A DNA stretch of 64,000 bases from Octopus vulgaris (taxonomy: Eukaryota): positions 35,588,001 through 35,652,000 of the forward strand of contig OX597840.1 in NCBI GenBank assembly GCA_951406725.2, read 5' to 3'. The position numbers and the translations under genes were made by a program. The notes beneath the pieces are model-generated. The model was not told the DNA's origin and made no database searches. It saw nothing but the letters and a program-made list of their open reading frames with translations. This document shows positions 1 through 13,311 of this stretch, one piece after another. Positions within the stretch are counted from its first letter, which is position 1, and every line of letters begins with the position of its first letter.

Positions 1-376
1 TAATAAGTATCAGACAGACTCTTTTTTAGAAGTGTATTAATTAATTAGTTAATTACAATCAACTTCTTTAATTTCCATTGTTTATTTTATATTCCAAGTA
101 TATATTTAGACCAGCAATTCTCATCTGTGGTCCCCAGGGATGCATGCAGCCCTCAAGCAGCCTTCCCTCTATAAATACAATAAACTTTTCTTTAATTGAC
201 TGGTTTTTCCTTTTTTTTTTTTGGTGAGCCTCCCTAAAAATTCAGGTTTTTGGATCTTACCCGGATAGTAAAATGGTTAAGAACCATTAATTTAGACTGT
301 CTCCAGAAAACTAGAAAATCTAGAAATCCAGGACACTTCCAGTTCCAAGTGTGCTGGATAATTGGTCCAGAAACAA

Positions 377-608
377 GGCGGCAAGCTGGGAGAATCATTA
401 GCACGCTGGGTGAAATGCTTGGCAGTATTTCGTCTGCCACTACGTTTTGAGTTCAAATTCCGCCGAGGTTGACTCTGCCTTTCATCCTTTCGGGGTCGAT
501 TAAATAAGTACCAGTTATGCACTGGGGTTGATATAATCGACTTAATCCGTTTGTCTGTTTTTGTTTGTCCTCTCTGTGTTTAGCCCCCTGTGAGTAGTAA
601 AGAAATAG
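377..608 (+). mobile_element. tRNA-derived SINE family A, full copy
   Basis: Head GGCGGCAAGCTGG..GAGTTCAAATTCC (A/B-box-like), central GCCTTTCATCCTTTCGGGGTCGAT..AAGTACCAG, tail ..AAAGAAATAG; more than 15 related copies in the window. Confidence 0.85.
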
Positions 609-815
609 ATAATTGTCCAGAACTGTACTGGGATTTCTAACCATAAAAGGTAACTATTTCTATATACTGTCCATCAGTCATAAATCATTAATCCTATGAC
701 CAGCCACTGTCAATCTTCAGACAGTAGAAACGACCATCACCTAGCAACCAATAGCAATCAACAGCTATTTACTTCAACCCATGTGATCAGAATCAGCCTA
801 TAATAATAATGAGAC

Positions 816-950
816 GTTTCCCAACCACATGGTTCTGAGTTCAGTCCCACTGCGTGGCACCTTGGGCAAGTGTCTTCCACGATATCCTTAGGCTGACTGA
901 AGCCTTGTGAGTGGATTTGGTAGAGGGAAACAGAAAGAAGCTCGTTGTAT
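816..950 (+). mobile_element. SINE family B (CORE-like), 5' half
   Basis: AACCACATGGTTC..GTTCAGTCCCACTGCGTGGCACCTTGGGCAAGTGTCTT, shared with many copies. Confidence 0.8.
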
Positions 951-1310
951 GTGTCTGTCTGTCTGTCTCTCTCTCCCCTCTCTCTCTGTCTCTGTCTCTG
1001 TCTCTCAGTCTCTCTCACCCTCTCTATCTCTCAGTCTCTCTCTCTGTCTCTGTCTGCCTGTCTCTCTCTCTTTCTCTCTCTCTCTCTGTCTGTCTCTCTC
1101 TCCCCATCTGAGGAAAACATGTCTCTCTTCTAATGTAAGATACCTTTGCTATTCCTTAAAACTGTTGTAGCGGACCTCCATCTCTGTTGCCTCCATCATC
1201 TTAACATCGTCAACAACATCTCTTTACATACACAGCAAACAGCAGCATTCGCTCAGGTCAACTCCTCATTGTTTGTGAATTACTTCACCATGGTTAACAG
1301 CAAGCTCAAC

Positions 1311-1455
1311 CTGGTTGGTATTAGGAAGGGCATCTGACCACTGAAACCATGCCAAGACAGACAGCAGAGCTTGGTGCAGTCTTCTGACTGGCCAGCTCCT
1401 GTCAAACCGTCCAACCCATGCCAGCATGGAAAACACGAGGATGATGATGATGATG
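1311..1455 (+). mobile_element. RTE-like LINE 3' UTR fragment with (GAT)n tail
   Basis: TTAGGAAGGGCATC..CCGTCCAACCCATGCCAGCATGGAAAA followed by GAT repeats; matches the 3' end of the copy at 7701-8263. Confidence 0.7.
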
Positions 1456-2280
1456 GTAGAGGTAGAAGTGGTGGTGATGATGATGATAATGATAGCAATG
1501 ATGATGATAATGATGATGATGATGATGATGACGAGGGTGATGACAACGACGATGATGATGGTGGTTGTGGATTGGTGGTGGTGGTGGTCGTCGTCGTGGA
1601 GGTTGTGATGGTGGCTGAGGTTCGGTGGCGGTAGCGTTGGTGGTGGTGGTGGTGACAATGCACACACACACACACACATCAACCACATAACCCCTATGTG
1701 TGGTGGCCCCTATGCCTCAAATGGCCCTGACAACTACGCCAGCGGAATGCAAGCTCCCATTCTGGACAGGTCAAAGGACAGAGGGAGCAGGGGTGCAGAC
1801 CAGTAGGGATCACCTCTTCTCAGAGGTAAAAACTGGGTTTGCACTGAGCCAAAATGCCCACTTAGACAAATGCAAGTCACAGAAGCACCAATGATGATCC
1901 GAAACCCAGAAGATCTGGGAGCGGAAGCCCTTCTCTCAGGGAAGCACATGATGCTGATTCAGTAAAATTTGAAATGATGGAGAAGCTGCCCCTTAAGGCG
2001 ACCAAGATCCTACTTTACGTGTCAGGACCTGATTCTGGAACCCACAAGGGAGGCGGAAGAGGGAATGCCCTAAAAAATAGTTGGAGATGGGATACTGAAG
2101 CAGAGGGGGTAAAGTGGAATGCAGCTGGAGGGGGTGGGGGTGGGGGGCGTAAAAAGGGAGCTGAAAGTCGAGATGAGTGGAGTGAAGTCAGTGATTGGAT
2201 ATGGTCTTCTGGGAGTGAAGGGATTAAGTGTGTAATGTACATAGATGCAGTCCATGCCAGCAAGGAAAAGGGACTTTAAA

Positions 2281-2780
2281 TGGTGGTGGTGGTGGTGGTG
2301 GTGGTGGTGGTGGTGGTGGTGGTGGTGGTGGTGGTGGTGGTGGTGGTGGTGGTGGTGGTGGTAGTGGTAGTGGTGGTGGCAGTGACGGTGGTGGTGGTGG
2401 TGGTGGTGATGGTGGTGGTGATGGTGGTAGTGGTGGTGGCAGTGGTGGTGGTGGTGGTGTTGGTGGTGGTGGTGGTGTGTGGTGGTGGTGGTGGGTGGTG
2501 GCGGTGGTGGCAGTGGATGTGGTGATGGCGGTAGTGGTGGTGATGAGATGGTGATGATGACGGTGGTGGTGATGGTGGTGGTGGTGGTGGTGGTGGCAGT
2601 GGTGGTGATGGTGGTTGTGGTGGTGATGGTGGTGGTGGTAGTGGTGGTGATGGTGGTGATGCTGAACAAGGTGGTGGTGGTGATGGCGGCAGCGGCGGTG
2701 GTGGTGGTGATGATGGTGGTGGTGGTGGTGGTGGTGGTGGTGGTGGTGATAGACCTGGTAATGATGATGATGATGATGGC
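2281..2780. repeat. (GGT/GAT)n trinucleotide microsatellite
   Basis: Direct reading. Confidence 0.95.
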
Positions 2781-2974
2781 ATACAGACACATACATTCAT
2801 AAAGAAGGTGAGAGAAATTATGAGAAAACAGAAGAGTAACAGGAGAGAGTGAGGGGGAGAGAGAGAAAGAGAGAGAGAGAGAGCAGTAGAGGGTGACGGA
2901 GAGAGAGGGAGAGAGAGAGTGAAAGGTAGAGAGAGTAAGAAAGAGAATCAGAGAGTGAGAGAGGGAGGCATAGC

Positions 2975-3023
<49 letters not shown>

Positions 3024-3911
3024 ACACACACACATACATCTACAAACATATATACATACACATGCACATCTACACATACACACACACACACATACATGCT
3101 TATATACACGGAAATGCAACAATATGCACACACACATGCACACACACACACACACACACATGCACACACACACACACACATGACCTCACACGTGCAAGCA
3201 CACACACACACACACACACACACACATGCACACATGCACATACACGTGCAAGCACACGCAAATGCATTTTTCTTGTTTACAAACAGAGGAAACAGTACTC
3301 AATACATGGTGTCGAGTTTCTGTGTTTTTATTTTATTTTATTGGGAGTCGTGTCGATGACTCATGCCGTTGCTACTCTGAGTTTCATGCAACATGTGGCA
3401 GAGAAGGAAACATGTAGGGAAGAGTGTGACTGGCTACGGAATGACTCATCAAATGATTCACAATACACATACATACATATATATATACATACACACCACA
3501 CTTATATATATATACATATATACTTTCATATATACATATACAATTCCACACACACACACATATATATACACATATATATATATATAATTTTATATATACA
3601 TATATATATATACACACATATACACATATACATACATATATACATATACGATTACACTCACACACACTCATATATATAAACACATTCATAAATTCATCAA
3701 ACATGCACACAGAATTATATGTTTGCATACATATATATATACATATATATACATATATATATGTACATATATAAATATTTATATATTTATATATATATAT
3801 ATTTATACATACTCCTATATACATGAATATACACAAACACACGCATATATATATATATACATACACATATATATGTATACATATATATATATATATTTAT
3901 ATATATATATG

Positions 3912-3955
<44 letters not shown>

Positions 3956-3972
3956 TACATATATATATACAC

Positions 3973-4028
<56 letters not shown>

Positions 4029-4350
4029 ATATATATGACTCCAGAGTTAATGAGTGTTTGAGAGAGAAAATTAGGGAGGTCAAACAGAATGCATGCACAC
4101 ACACACACATACATGCACATAAACACACTCATACACACGTACATAGATACATACATATATATATATACACACACACACTCACCAAAATGTCTATACACTC
4201 ATGCATATATTTCACTTTCCCCTCCTCCGCCACCACCACCCACCCCTGCTACCACCCCACCCCTCGCACCCCACCCCGACCCGACACCCCCCCAGTCATT
4301 GCTGTTGCAGTCTGGGAAACCCATTACCATGGCAACGAATCCAAGGTTAC

Positions 4351-4434
4351 GTAAAGAGCTGATGTAGAGCGAGATGACGTATTGGCAGTCTATTGATTCT
4401 GGTGCTTCATTATACACACCGTTATATACGGAGT
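4351..4434 (-). CDS. Possible 84-nt internal exon of an unknown gene (xSVYNGVYNEAPESIDCQYVISLYISSL)
   Basis: Pyrimidine-rich acceptor TCTCTGTGTCTCTCTGCAG, donor GTAACC, one open frame, phase 1-1, unique sequence; no homology recognised. Confidence 0.3.
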
Positions 4435-4562
4435 CTGCAGAGAGACACAGAGAACCAGAAGAGTGTATATGCACGCACGCTTGCATACACACTCACTCGT
4501 ATGTTGTGTGTATAAACATACATATATACATACATACATACATACATACATACATACATACA

Positions 4563-4691
4563 TTTGCCTTTCATCCTTTCGGGGTCGATAAATTAAGTAC
4601 CAGTTACGTACTGGGGTCGATGTAATTGACTTAATCCCTTTGTCTGTCCTTGTTTGTCCCCTCTATGTTTAGACCCTTGTGGGCAATAAAG

Positions 4692-4696
<5 letters not shown>
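4563..4696 (+). mobile_element. SINE A 3' half
   Basis: Matches the 3' part of 377-608. Confidence 0.8.
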
Positions 4697-4735
<39 letters not shown>

Positions 4736-4943
4736 GTATATATGTATATACGAATGTGTATATGCGTGTATGTTTGCATGTATGTATATATATGTGTATA
4801 GCATCATCATCGTTGTCATTTAGTCTCTGAATTCCATGCAGGTATGGTTTGGACCAGGATGGTGCTCTAGCATGGCCGCAGCCAATCAGCTGAAATGTAT
4901 AAAAGAACAAAAGGATATATATATACATACATATATATATATG

Positions 4944-5026
<83 letters not shown>

Positions 5027-5624
5027 GTATATATATATATATATATATGCATGTATATATATATACATACATATATATATATGTATATATATATATACAT
5101 ATATGCACATATATACATACGTATAATTTGTATGAGTCCATGTACATCTGTCCATCAATTCATTCATCTGTCAATCTGTTAATTTTTCTATCTATCTGTC
5201 TAGGTACACATGTATGTACGTATGTATGAATGTGTGTGTGTGTGTGTGTGTCTGTTTATGTATCTATCTGCATGTGTGTATATAAATGTACGTCGATGAT
5301 TATGTATGCAGTGTGTTTGTGTGTGTGTGTGTGTGCATGTTTGTGTGTATGTGTGTCTGTATAACAATGTTTGTGTTTATGCAGGATAAATAAAGTAACT
5401 AATGATACACACACACACACACATATATACACAAATATATACAAAATATATTTAATAGTACGTATTGGATCTTATAATTTGTCACTTGGTGAATTAACAG
5501 GTGTGTGTGTTTCTATATATATATATATATATGTATATATATGCATATATATGTATATATATGTAATTATATATATGTATATATATATATATATATACAC
5601 ACACACATACATATATACATATAT

Positions 5625-5782
5625 ACGATGGGCTTCTTTCAGTTTCCGTCTACCAAATCCACTCACAATGCATTGGTTGGCCCGAGGCTATAGTAGAAGA
5701 CACTTGCCCAAGGTGCCACGCAGTGGGACTGAACCCGGAACTATGTGGTTGGTAAGCAGGCTAGTTACCACACAGCCACACC
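5625..5782 (-). mobile_element. SINE B 5' half
   Basis: Reverse complement of the SINE B head/CORE region. Confidence 0.8.
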
Positions 5783-6102
5783 TAATGTATATATGTATGT
5801 ATATATGCATGTGTAAAGCCCAAGGTGGATATAGATTTGGTTGTCATATGTAGACCAGGTGGACATATTTCCACCAGGTGGCCATGTAATTGTGTCTCAT
5901 AGAAGGGTGACCTAAAGCAGAAGAGACTTCAAATAGGGTAGAAACATCCACGTTACATGGAAGGGGGGTGGAGGAAATAGGACGGGGAAGACCTTGTCAC
6001 ATGGTTTGCGACACAAAAATGACAATTACAAAAAGAAGTCAAATATAGTTTTTATACTCATTTGCATATCACAGGAATTTGATGCTGTCATGAGACTAAC
6101 CC

Positions 6103-6134
<32 letters not shown>

Positions 6135-6405
6135 CACGTGAGGGTACCTGTGTGTGAGTATATGTGTGTATGTGTGTGTGTGTGCATGTATATATATATA
6201 TATATGTACATATATATATATACATGAGTGTGTTTATATATATGTTCACACACACATATAAAAATATATATATATATTATATATATTATATATATATGTA
6301 TTTATATGTGTGTGTGTATATATATATATATATATACACATATATATACACACATCCACACATATATGTATGTACATATATATAAACATATATATATATA
6401 TAAAC

Positions 6406-6437
<32 letters not shown>

Positions 6438-6447
6438 GTATATATAC

Positions 6448-6498
<51 letters not shown>

Positions 6499-6696
6499 TA
6501 CATATACATGCATATATACATATATATATATAAATACATGCATACACACACATATATATACATAAATATATTCACACACACACACACACACTCTCACATG
6601 CATATGTGCACACACATACATGCTTATACATACATGCTTATACATACATATGCGTATGTGTATCAGTAGGAGGAGAAGAGGAAGAAGACAGACAAC

Positions 6697-6757
6697 CTGG
6701 AAGATGAAAACAATGGCTCTGTCGTGGGCCATTCCATGGCATCTCTCACAATAATTC
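6697..6757 (-). other. Possible 61-nt exon
   Basis: Branch-like CACTAAT plus TTTGGTTTCAG acceptor and AG|GTTGTC donor; two frames open; unique sequence. Confidence 0.2.
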
Positions 6758-7161
6758 CTGAAACCAAATTCCATTAGTGAAAAACCACATTCTAGAATGG
6801 TCTTTCTTTTACACTTTTGTTCATTTTTTCAGTGTTTTGTCTCCAAAACAAAGAATTCTGGAATATTGTGGGTTAATAGTTATTTTCGCTGTGGTTGCTA
6901 ATTCTTGTAAAGTGTGTAGGGTATGGGGGGATGGGGGTTGGGGAGGTAGTGTTTTTTTTTTGTTCTTTATTTTTAATTCTATTTAGAGTACGGAAAGTTT
7001 TAGAGAGAAAAGGAGAAGTAGGTGTGATTTGTATCAAAATAGATTTGATAAAAATATTGTTTATAATCAAATACAAATTCTGTTAAACTGTTAGAGCCCT
7101 GCACATTTTTTTACTTTCTTCATTTTTTGGGGTTCTCCCTCCATTTTTTCCCTCTCATCCA

Positions 7162-7196
7162 TTTCTGCTGAAGAGCAGAGGTTCGAAATATCGAAG
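7162..7196 (+). ncRNA. Degenerate minimal hammerhead-like motif
   Basis: TTT CTGCTGA A GAGC AGAG GTTC GAAA TA TC GAAG; core has A6>C relative to CUGANGA. Confidence 0.45.
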
Positions 7197-7279
7197 ACTT
7201 TTCAATTCTTACCTGCTTGTTGTCCCATCACCTGTTCTCATCTTTTCTTTTCAGTAAATCTGATTATATATGTATATAC

Positions 7280-7688
7280 TCTCTCTTTTACTCTTTTACT
7301 TGTTTCAGTCATTTGACTGTGGCCATGCTGGAGCACCGCCTTTAGACAAGCAAATCGACCCCGGGACTTATTCTTTGTAAGCCCAGTACCTATTCTATCG
7401 GTCTCTTTTGCCGAACCGCTAAGTGACGGGGACATAGACACACCAGCATCGGTTGTCAAGCAATGCTAGGGGGACAAACACAGACACACAAACACACACA
7501 CACACATATATATATACATATATACGACGGGCTTCTTTCAGTTTCCATCTACCAAATCCATTCACAAGGCTTTGGTCAGCCCAAGGCTATAGTAGAAGAC
7601 ACTTGCCCAAGATTCCACGCAGTGGGACTGAACCCAGAACCATGTGGTTGGTAAGCATGCTACTTACCACACAGCCACTCTTGCGCCT
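7280..7688 (-). mobile_element. SINE B full copy
   Basis: Head, CORE-like block, internal TA/TG microsatellite and GCTCCAGCATGGCC..CAGTCAAATGACTG tail. Confidence 0.85.
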
Positions 7689-7700
7689 ATGTATATATAT

Positions 7701-8263
7701 ATCATCATCATCATCATCATCTTGTTTAACGTCCGCTTTCCATGCTGGCATGGGTTGGACAGTTTGACTGAGGACTGATGAGCCAGAAGGCTGCACCAGG
7801 CTCTAATCTGATCTTGTAAGGTTTCTACAGCTGGATGCCCTTCCTAATACCAACCACTCCAAGAGTGTAGTGGGTGGTTTTACGTGCCATTGGCATGAGG
7901 GCCAGTCAGGTGGTACTGGTAACGACTACGCTCAAATGATGCTTTTCACATATCACCAGCACAGGAGCCAGTCAGTGGTCCTTGCAATGATCACGCTCTG
8001 ATGGTGCTTTTAACGTTCCACTGGCATTAGTGCCAATCAGGCGGTACCGTCATTGGCCACATCAGCAATTTTGATTTTGATTTCACTTACCTCAACAGGT
8101 CTTCGCAAGCAAAGTTTATAGTCCAATGAATGAAGGATACTCATAAGTGGGCAGGTTATACACCACTGGCATAGGTCACAGTTTATGGTCTCACTTGGGA
8201 TGTCGGGTCTTCCCAAGTACAGCATATCTCCAAAGGTCTCGGTCACTAGTCATTGCCTTGGTG
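7701..8263 (-). mobile_element. RTE-clade LINE 3' fragment (ORF end plus long 3' UTR)
   Basis: Minus strand encodes TKAMTSDRDLWRYAVLGKTRHPK* (RTE-type C-terminal DRxxWR motif); UTR has about 60-bp subrepeats and a (GAT)n tail. Confidence 0.7.
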
Positions 8264-8355
8264 TAGTCTGACTTGGCTTTATTTCTTTCTGGCATGTCAG
8301 CTCTGGTCAAACCGTCCAACCCATGCCAGCATGGAAAATGAGCGCTAAAGAGTGA

Positions 8356-8377
<22 letters not shown>

Positions 8378-8397
<20 letters not shown>

Positions 8398-8470
8398 AAA
8401 TGATAATGAGATGATGCTGATGGTGATGGAGATGATGATTATGATGATGATGATGATGATGGAAATGACA

Positions 8471-8538
<68 letters not shown>

Positions 8539-8640
8539 GGTGGTGGTGGTGGTGGAGATAATGATTATGATGATGATGATGATTATGATGACAGTGATGA
8601 TGATGATGACAACAATGGTGATGATGATTATGACGACGAC

Positions 8641-8699
<59 letters not shown>

Positions 8700-8850
8700 C
8701 GACGACAATGATGATGATGACGATGATGATGATGACAATGATGGTGATGATGATGATGATGATGATGACAATGATGATGATGATGATGATGATGACGATG
8801 GAGATGATGATGATGACGACAATGACGACGATGACGATGATAACGATGAC
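8378..8850. repeat. (GAT)n-rich microsatellite
   Basis: Direct reading. Confidence 0.95.
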
Positions 8851-9093
8851 AGAGATAGTGATGCTACAGACTAATAAGAAGAATTCAAATTACTTCCCAT
8901 CTTTCTTGCGAGACTATCCGTAGCAGCAGGAATCCGTTACAGCTGTGGATTTTTCATAGGGGAACGGTTAAGGGTCGTGCTCCAGTTGTGCCACTTAGAA
9001 GATGGAAGGTTTTGTTTCACTTCCAGATGTTTTCAGTGCCGTGTGTTATACACGTACCACTGGGTGTGATGGAAAGGGGAAAGGTAGGGATCA

Positions 9094-9106
9094 GGTTGCC
9101 TAGCAA
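9094..9106. promoter_or_regulatory. RFX X-box-like motif GTTGCCTAGCAAC, with CCAAT box at about 9127
   Basis: Near-palindromic X-box consensus inside a unique island. Confidence 0.4.
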
Positions 9107-9289
9107 CGCTCACATATTCACAAAAACCAATCGTGTTATGGGATATTTTGCAGATCGTCAAAAAAAAAGAAATTCCAGCCGAAAATCTGTGGCCCTTAAT
9201 TTGACATGCATGAGGAAGGGTTGTGAATGGGTGTGAATGTGTGTTAGGAACTGTCCCAGTTCTTTATGCAATGCTGAGCAAATCAGGAC

Positions 9290-9752
9290 TACACATACAT
9301 ACAAACATACATACATACATACATGCATACATACATACATACATACATGCATACATATATACATACAAACATACATACATACATACATGCATACATACAT
9401 ACATACATACATACATACATACATACATACATACATACATACATTCATACATACATACATACACACATACACACACACATACATACATACATTCATACAT
9501 ACATACATACATACATATATACATTCATACATACATACATACATATATACATACATATATACAAACATACATACATACATACATACATAGATACATACAT
9601 ATATACAAACATACATACATACATACATACATACATAGATACATACATATATACAAACATACATACATACATAGATACATACATACATACATACATTCAT
9701 ACACACATTCATACATACATACATACATACATACATACATACATTCATGCAT

Positions 9753-9785
<33 letters not shown>

Positions 9786-9895
9786 TACATTCATGCATAC
9801 ATACACACAAACACATGCATACATACATACATACACGCACACACATACACACACATACATACATACATACATACATACATTCATACATACATATA
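9290..9895. repeat. (TACA)n microsatellite
   Basis: Direct reading. Confidence 0.95.
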
Positions 9896-10292
9896 TACCC
9901 CACCCTACCCCCACCCTCACCCCAACCCACACACCACTACAGCACACCACACACCACTACACCACACCACACACCACCACACCACACCATACACCACCAT
10001 ACTACACCATCACACATCACACCATCCCACACACACTAGCACTGACCACTTCCCAGCACCCACACCATCATCCACACTCCTACACATGCACACACGCACA
10101 CGTCAAGGTCACCAGCCCCTATCTGCACACACATACACACGCACTCGCACCTTCGTTTTGGGATCACCACTACTTCTATATCTCCTCTCCTTCCTCGCTC
10201 TCCTATCTGACCACTTCTGTCCAACATTCGCCATGATAGATCGTTAGCCACTAAACCTTTTCTATATTCTCTCTCTGCTTATTTCTGTGTTC

Positions 10293-10328
10293 CTTTCTGA
10301 TGAAGAGCATAGGCTCGAAACGTAAAAG
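10293..10328 (+). ncRNA. Minimal type I hammerhead ribozyme, intact core
   Basis: CTTT-CTGATGA-A-GAGC atag GCTC-GAAA-CG-TA-AAAG: stem I CUUU/AAAG, stem II 4 bp, palindromic ACGU in place of stem III, GUA cleavage triplet. Confidence 0.75.
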
Positions 10329-10395
10329 ACTTTCTCACTTCCTGAGCATTAAACTAATATATCTGTTTCTTGTTTACACGCCTGTCTTCATCTTT

Positions 10396-10442
<47 letters not shown>

Positions 10443-10522
10443 ATTAGGGAGTATGGCTCCAAAATTACAGGGAAAAATTAGATTTAGGATTAAATAAAAT
10501 TTCACAGTATAAATATAAATTA

Positions 10523-10718
10523 AATTAGAGATAAAACCACGCAACTCAAACAGTGATGTATGTATGTATGATTTTAAAATTTCAAATTTTAATAATTTAA
10601 ATTAAAAATTTTATATATATATTGTATATTATATTAATTATATTTTTTTTTTGTTTTTTATGTTTTGGTTTATGTCTATCACTGTTTGAGTTGCCTAATA
10701 GTGGTTTTATCTCTAATT
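10523..10718. mobile_element. Foldback element (AATTAGAGATAAAACCAC..GCAACTCAAACAGTGAT inverted arms)
   Basis: About 35-40-bp inverted arms; termini related to 62552-62850. Confidence 0.6.
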
Positions 10719-10740
10719 CAATTTTATATATATATATATA

Positions 10741-10960
10741 GTTAATCCAAACAAGAAAGTACAAAAAAAACACAACAACGCGAGGACGTGGAACAAATAT
10801 AGTATTATTGGACGCTCAGGAAAGAAGGAGGAGGGTTTAACGTTTCGAGCGGAGCTCTTCGTTGGAAACATAGGAGAAGGAAAGATCCAGAGAAGGGAAG
10901 ACAGAGGAAAAAAAATTGCTAACGGTACACACGCGGTCACATTTAGAATGACCGGAAGGA
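10741..10960 (-). mobile_element. TA-flanked element with hammerhead-like motif at 10835-10869
   Basis: Minus strand GTTT CCAACGA A GAGC tcc GCTC GAAA CG TT AAAC (variant core); partial copy at 59853-59925. Confidence 0.6.
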
Positions 10961-10975
10961 AATGGGTGAAGAAAA

Positions 10976-11310
10976 TATATATATATAACAAAAGATGGTG
11001 GGGTGTTTCCACGCAGGAAAACATATAGGAAAATGTGTCATTGAAAATTAACCTAAATTTCAAAATCTCGTAAATGTTTAAAATACATTTATTTACAAAT
11101 ATACCAAAACTAGTTTCGTCAATATTTTTTGCTTTTAACTTTTACCATTGACAAACAAAAAATATTGATGAAACTAGTTTGGTATATATGTAAATAAATG
11201 TATTTTAAACATTTACGAGCTTTTGAAATTTAGGTGCATTTTCAACAACACATTTTCCTATATTTTTTCCTGTGTGGGAACACACCACCATCTTTTGTTA
11301 CATATATATA
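10976..11310. mobile_element. Palindromic element with decayed hammerhead near the centre
   Basis: About 150-bp inverted arms between TA tracts; TACCA TTGACAA .. GAAA CTAG TT TGGTA at 11143-11184. Confidence 0.7.
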
Positions 11311-11442
11311 TATATATATACATAATAATTATTATTTGAGGGAATAAAATCCAAAACTTACAAGGAAAAAGAATTCAGTTTAGAAATACTAAATCAAATT
11401 CCACACAATATAATATATATATAAAATATTAAAAATATTTTT

Positions 11443-11529
11443 AACCTGATGAGTGACTATATTTATATGGAAGTGATTTCGCTACAACTATAATCATTTC
11501 TTAAATATAGCAGTGAAACACGTGTCGTT
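11443..11529 (+). ncRNA. Type I hammerhead with long stem II
   Basis: AAC CTGATGA ..CTATATTT../..AAATATAG.. GAAA CACGTG TC GTT; palindromic ACACGTGT stem III, GUC triplet. Confidence 0.6.
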
Positions 11530-11707
11530 TTTCTACCTATTATATACATTTTTATTATTTTTGTAATTTACTTAATCTTTACTTTTTATTGTTATTTTAA
11601 TTTTAACTTTTCTATTATATGTAATTTTCTAGATGGTGTAATTTAATTATTCATTTTGAATTGATAAAAGGTGGTTTCTTTCTAATATTTTATATATATA
11701 TATATAT

Positions 11708-12186
11708 AAGACTCAAGAGATTAAGACTCTATTCCTTAGAGCATAGGCGAGAAAGATATGCCATAATATACATCTGGAAGATCCTAGAAGGCATTGAGAG
11801 TTACACAAATGCTAGACCTGGGCGCCACTGCATAGTGCCAAGGACTCCAAATTTGCCATCAAGATGTAGGACAAGATACTGTGATAGCCTGGGCTTCAGA
11901 GGCCCACAGCTCTTCAATATCCTCCCGAAGAACCTAAGAGACCTGCATGGGGTGGATGCAGATGTCTTTAAAATGAAACTGGATCTCTTCTTGTCAGGTA
12001 TCCCAGATGAACCAACTTCACGGCAGGAGGTGCAGATGAGGGCAGCTGCATTGAACTCTCTCATGCACCAAATGGCAGTTGCTAAAAAGCATTCGTGAAG
12101 TAAAACCATGTAGCAACACCAAATGGTGGTGCCCCAGCATGGCCACAGCTCGTGAGCTGAAACTAGATAAAATGAAATAAAATAAA
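11708..12186 (+). mobile_element. CR1-like LINE 3' fragment (ORF2 C-terminus plus 3' UTR)
   Basis: RLKRLRLYSLEHRRERYAIIYIWKIL..GPQLFNILPKNLRD..FKMKLDLFL (SLExRR, NxLP, FKxxLD motifs); 3' hairpin and AT-rich tail. Confidence 0.85.
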
Positions 12187-13023
12187 GATATATATATATC
12201 TATATATAGTTAGAATTTACAAAAGAACAAAACAAAAGATGAAGACGGGTGAGTAAACAGCAAACAGATGTAGAAGTTAAACGCTTGGGAAGTGGGAAAT
12301 GCCACCTTAGAAAGAATAAGCCCCGGGTGTTGGTTTGCTCGACTAAAGACGGTGCTCCAGCATGGCCACAGTCAAATGACCAAAACAAGTAAAAGAATAA
12401 AAGAGACAATAGAATTTACACATTCATTAAAGGCTTACATACGTTTCTGATAAATATTGGAGGTTCATGTGTATGTCTACGTGTGCATGGCTTTATGTTT
12501 GTGCTTGTTTCTGCCACACTGTCTGACAACCAGCACTGGTTTATTTATGTCCCCGTAACTTAGCAGTACAGTGAGAACGATCGATAAAATACATACCAGG
12601 CTTAAAATAAGTACTAGAATGAATTTGTTTAACTAAACCCTCTGAGGTGGTGCCCCGACATGGCCACAATCCTAAGACTGAAATAAATAAAAGAAAAATG
12701 GCATATGTGATATATTTTATATATATATTCTTTCGGCCTTGACCTTTAAGTAAGCTTTTAGGAATTCTCTCCCTAAACTTTAATTTCAATAAATTCTTGT
12801 TCAGTTCTATGCATCAGAGATTTTGGCCAAGTGAAACCCATTGAAAAACCAATGCCATGAAATATGGTTTATAGACATTTCTGTGGAATCTTGTCTTTGG
12901 CATTCCAGCATTCACCACCATCACCTACTATCATGCAGAGAGGAATTCTTCTTCTCTTTCTTCTTCTTCTTCTTCTTATTTATCTTCTTCTTCTTATGTG
13001 TGTGCGTGTGTGTGTGTACACAC

Positions 13024-13280
<257 letters not shown>

Positions 13281-13311
13281 AGAGATAGACAGACAGAGAG
13301 ACAGAGAGATA

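Noticed and set aside
2015-2279. Proline-rich coding exon
   Set aside because: Its upstream end is an RTE-tail remnant and a (CAC)n tract; no splice or homology support
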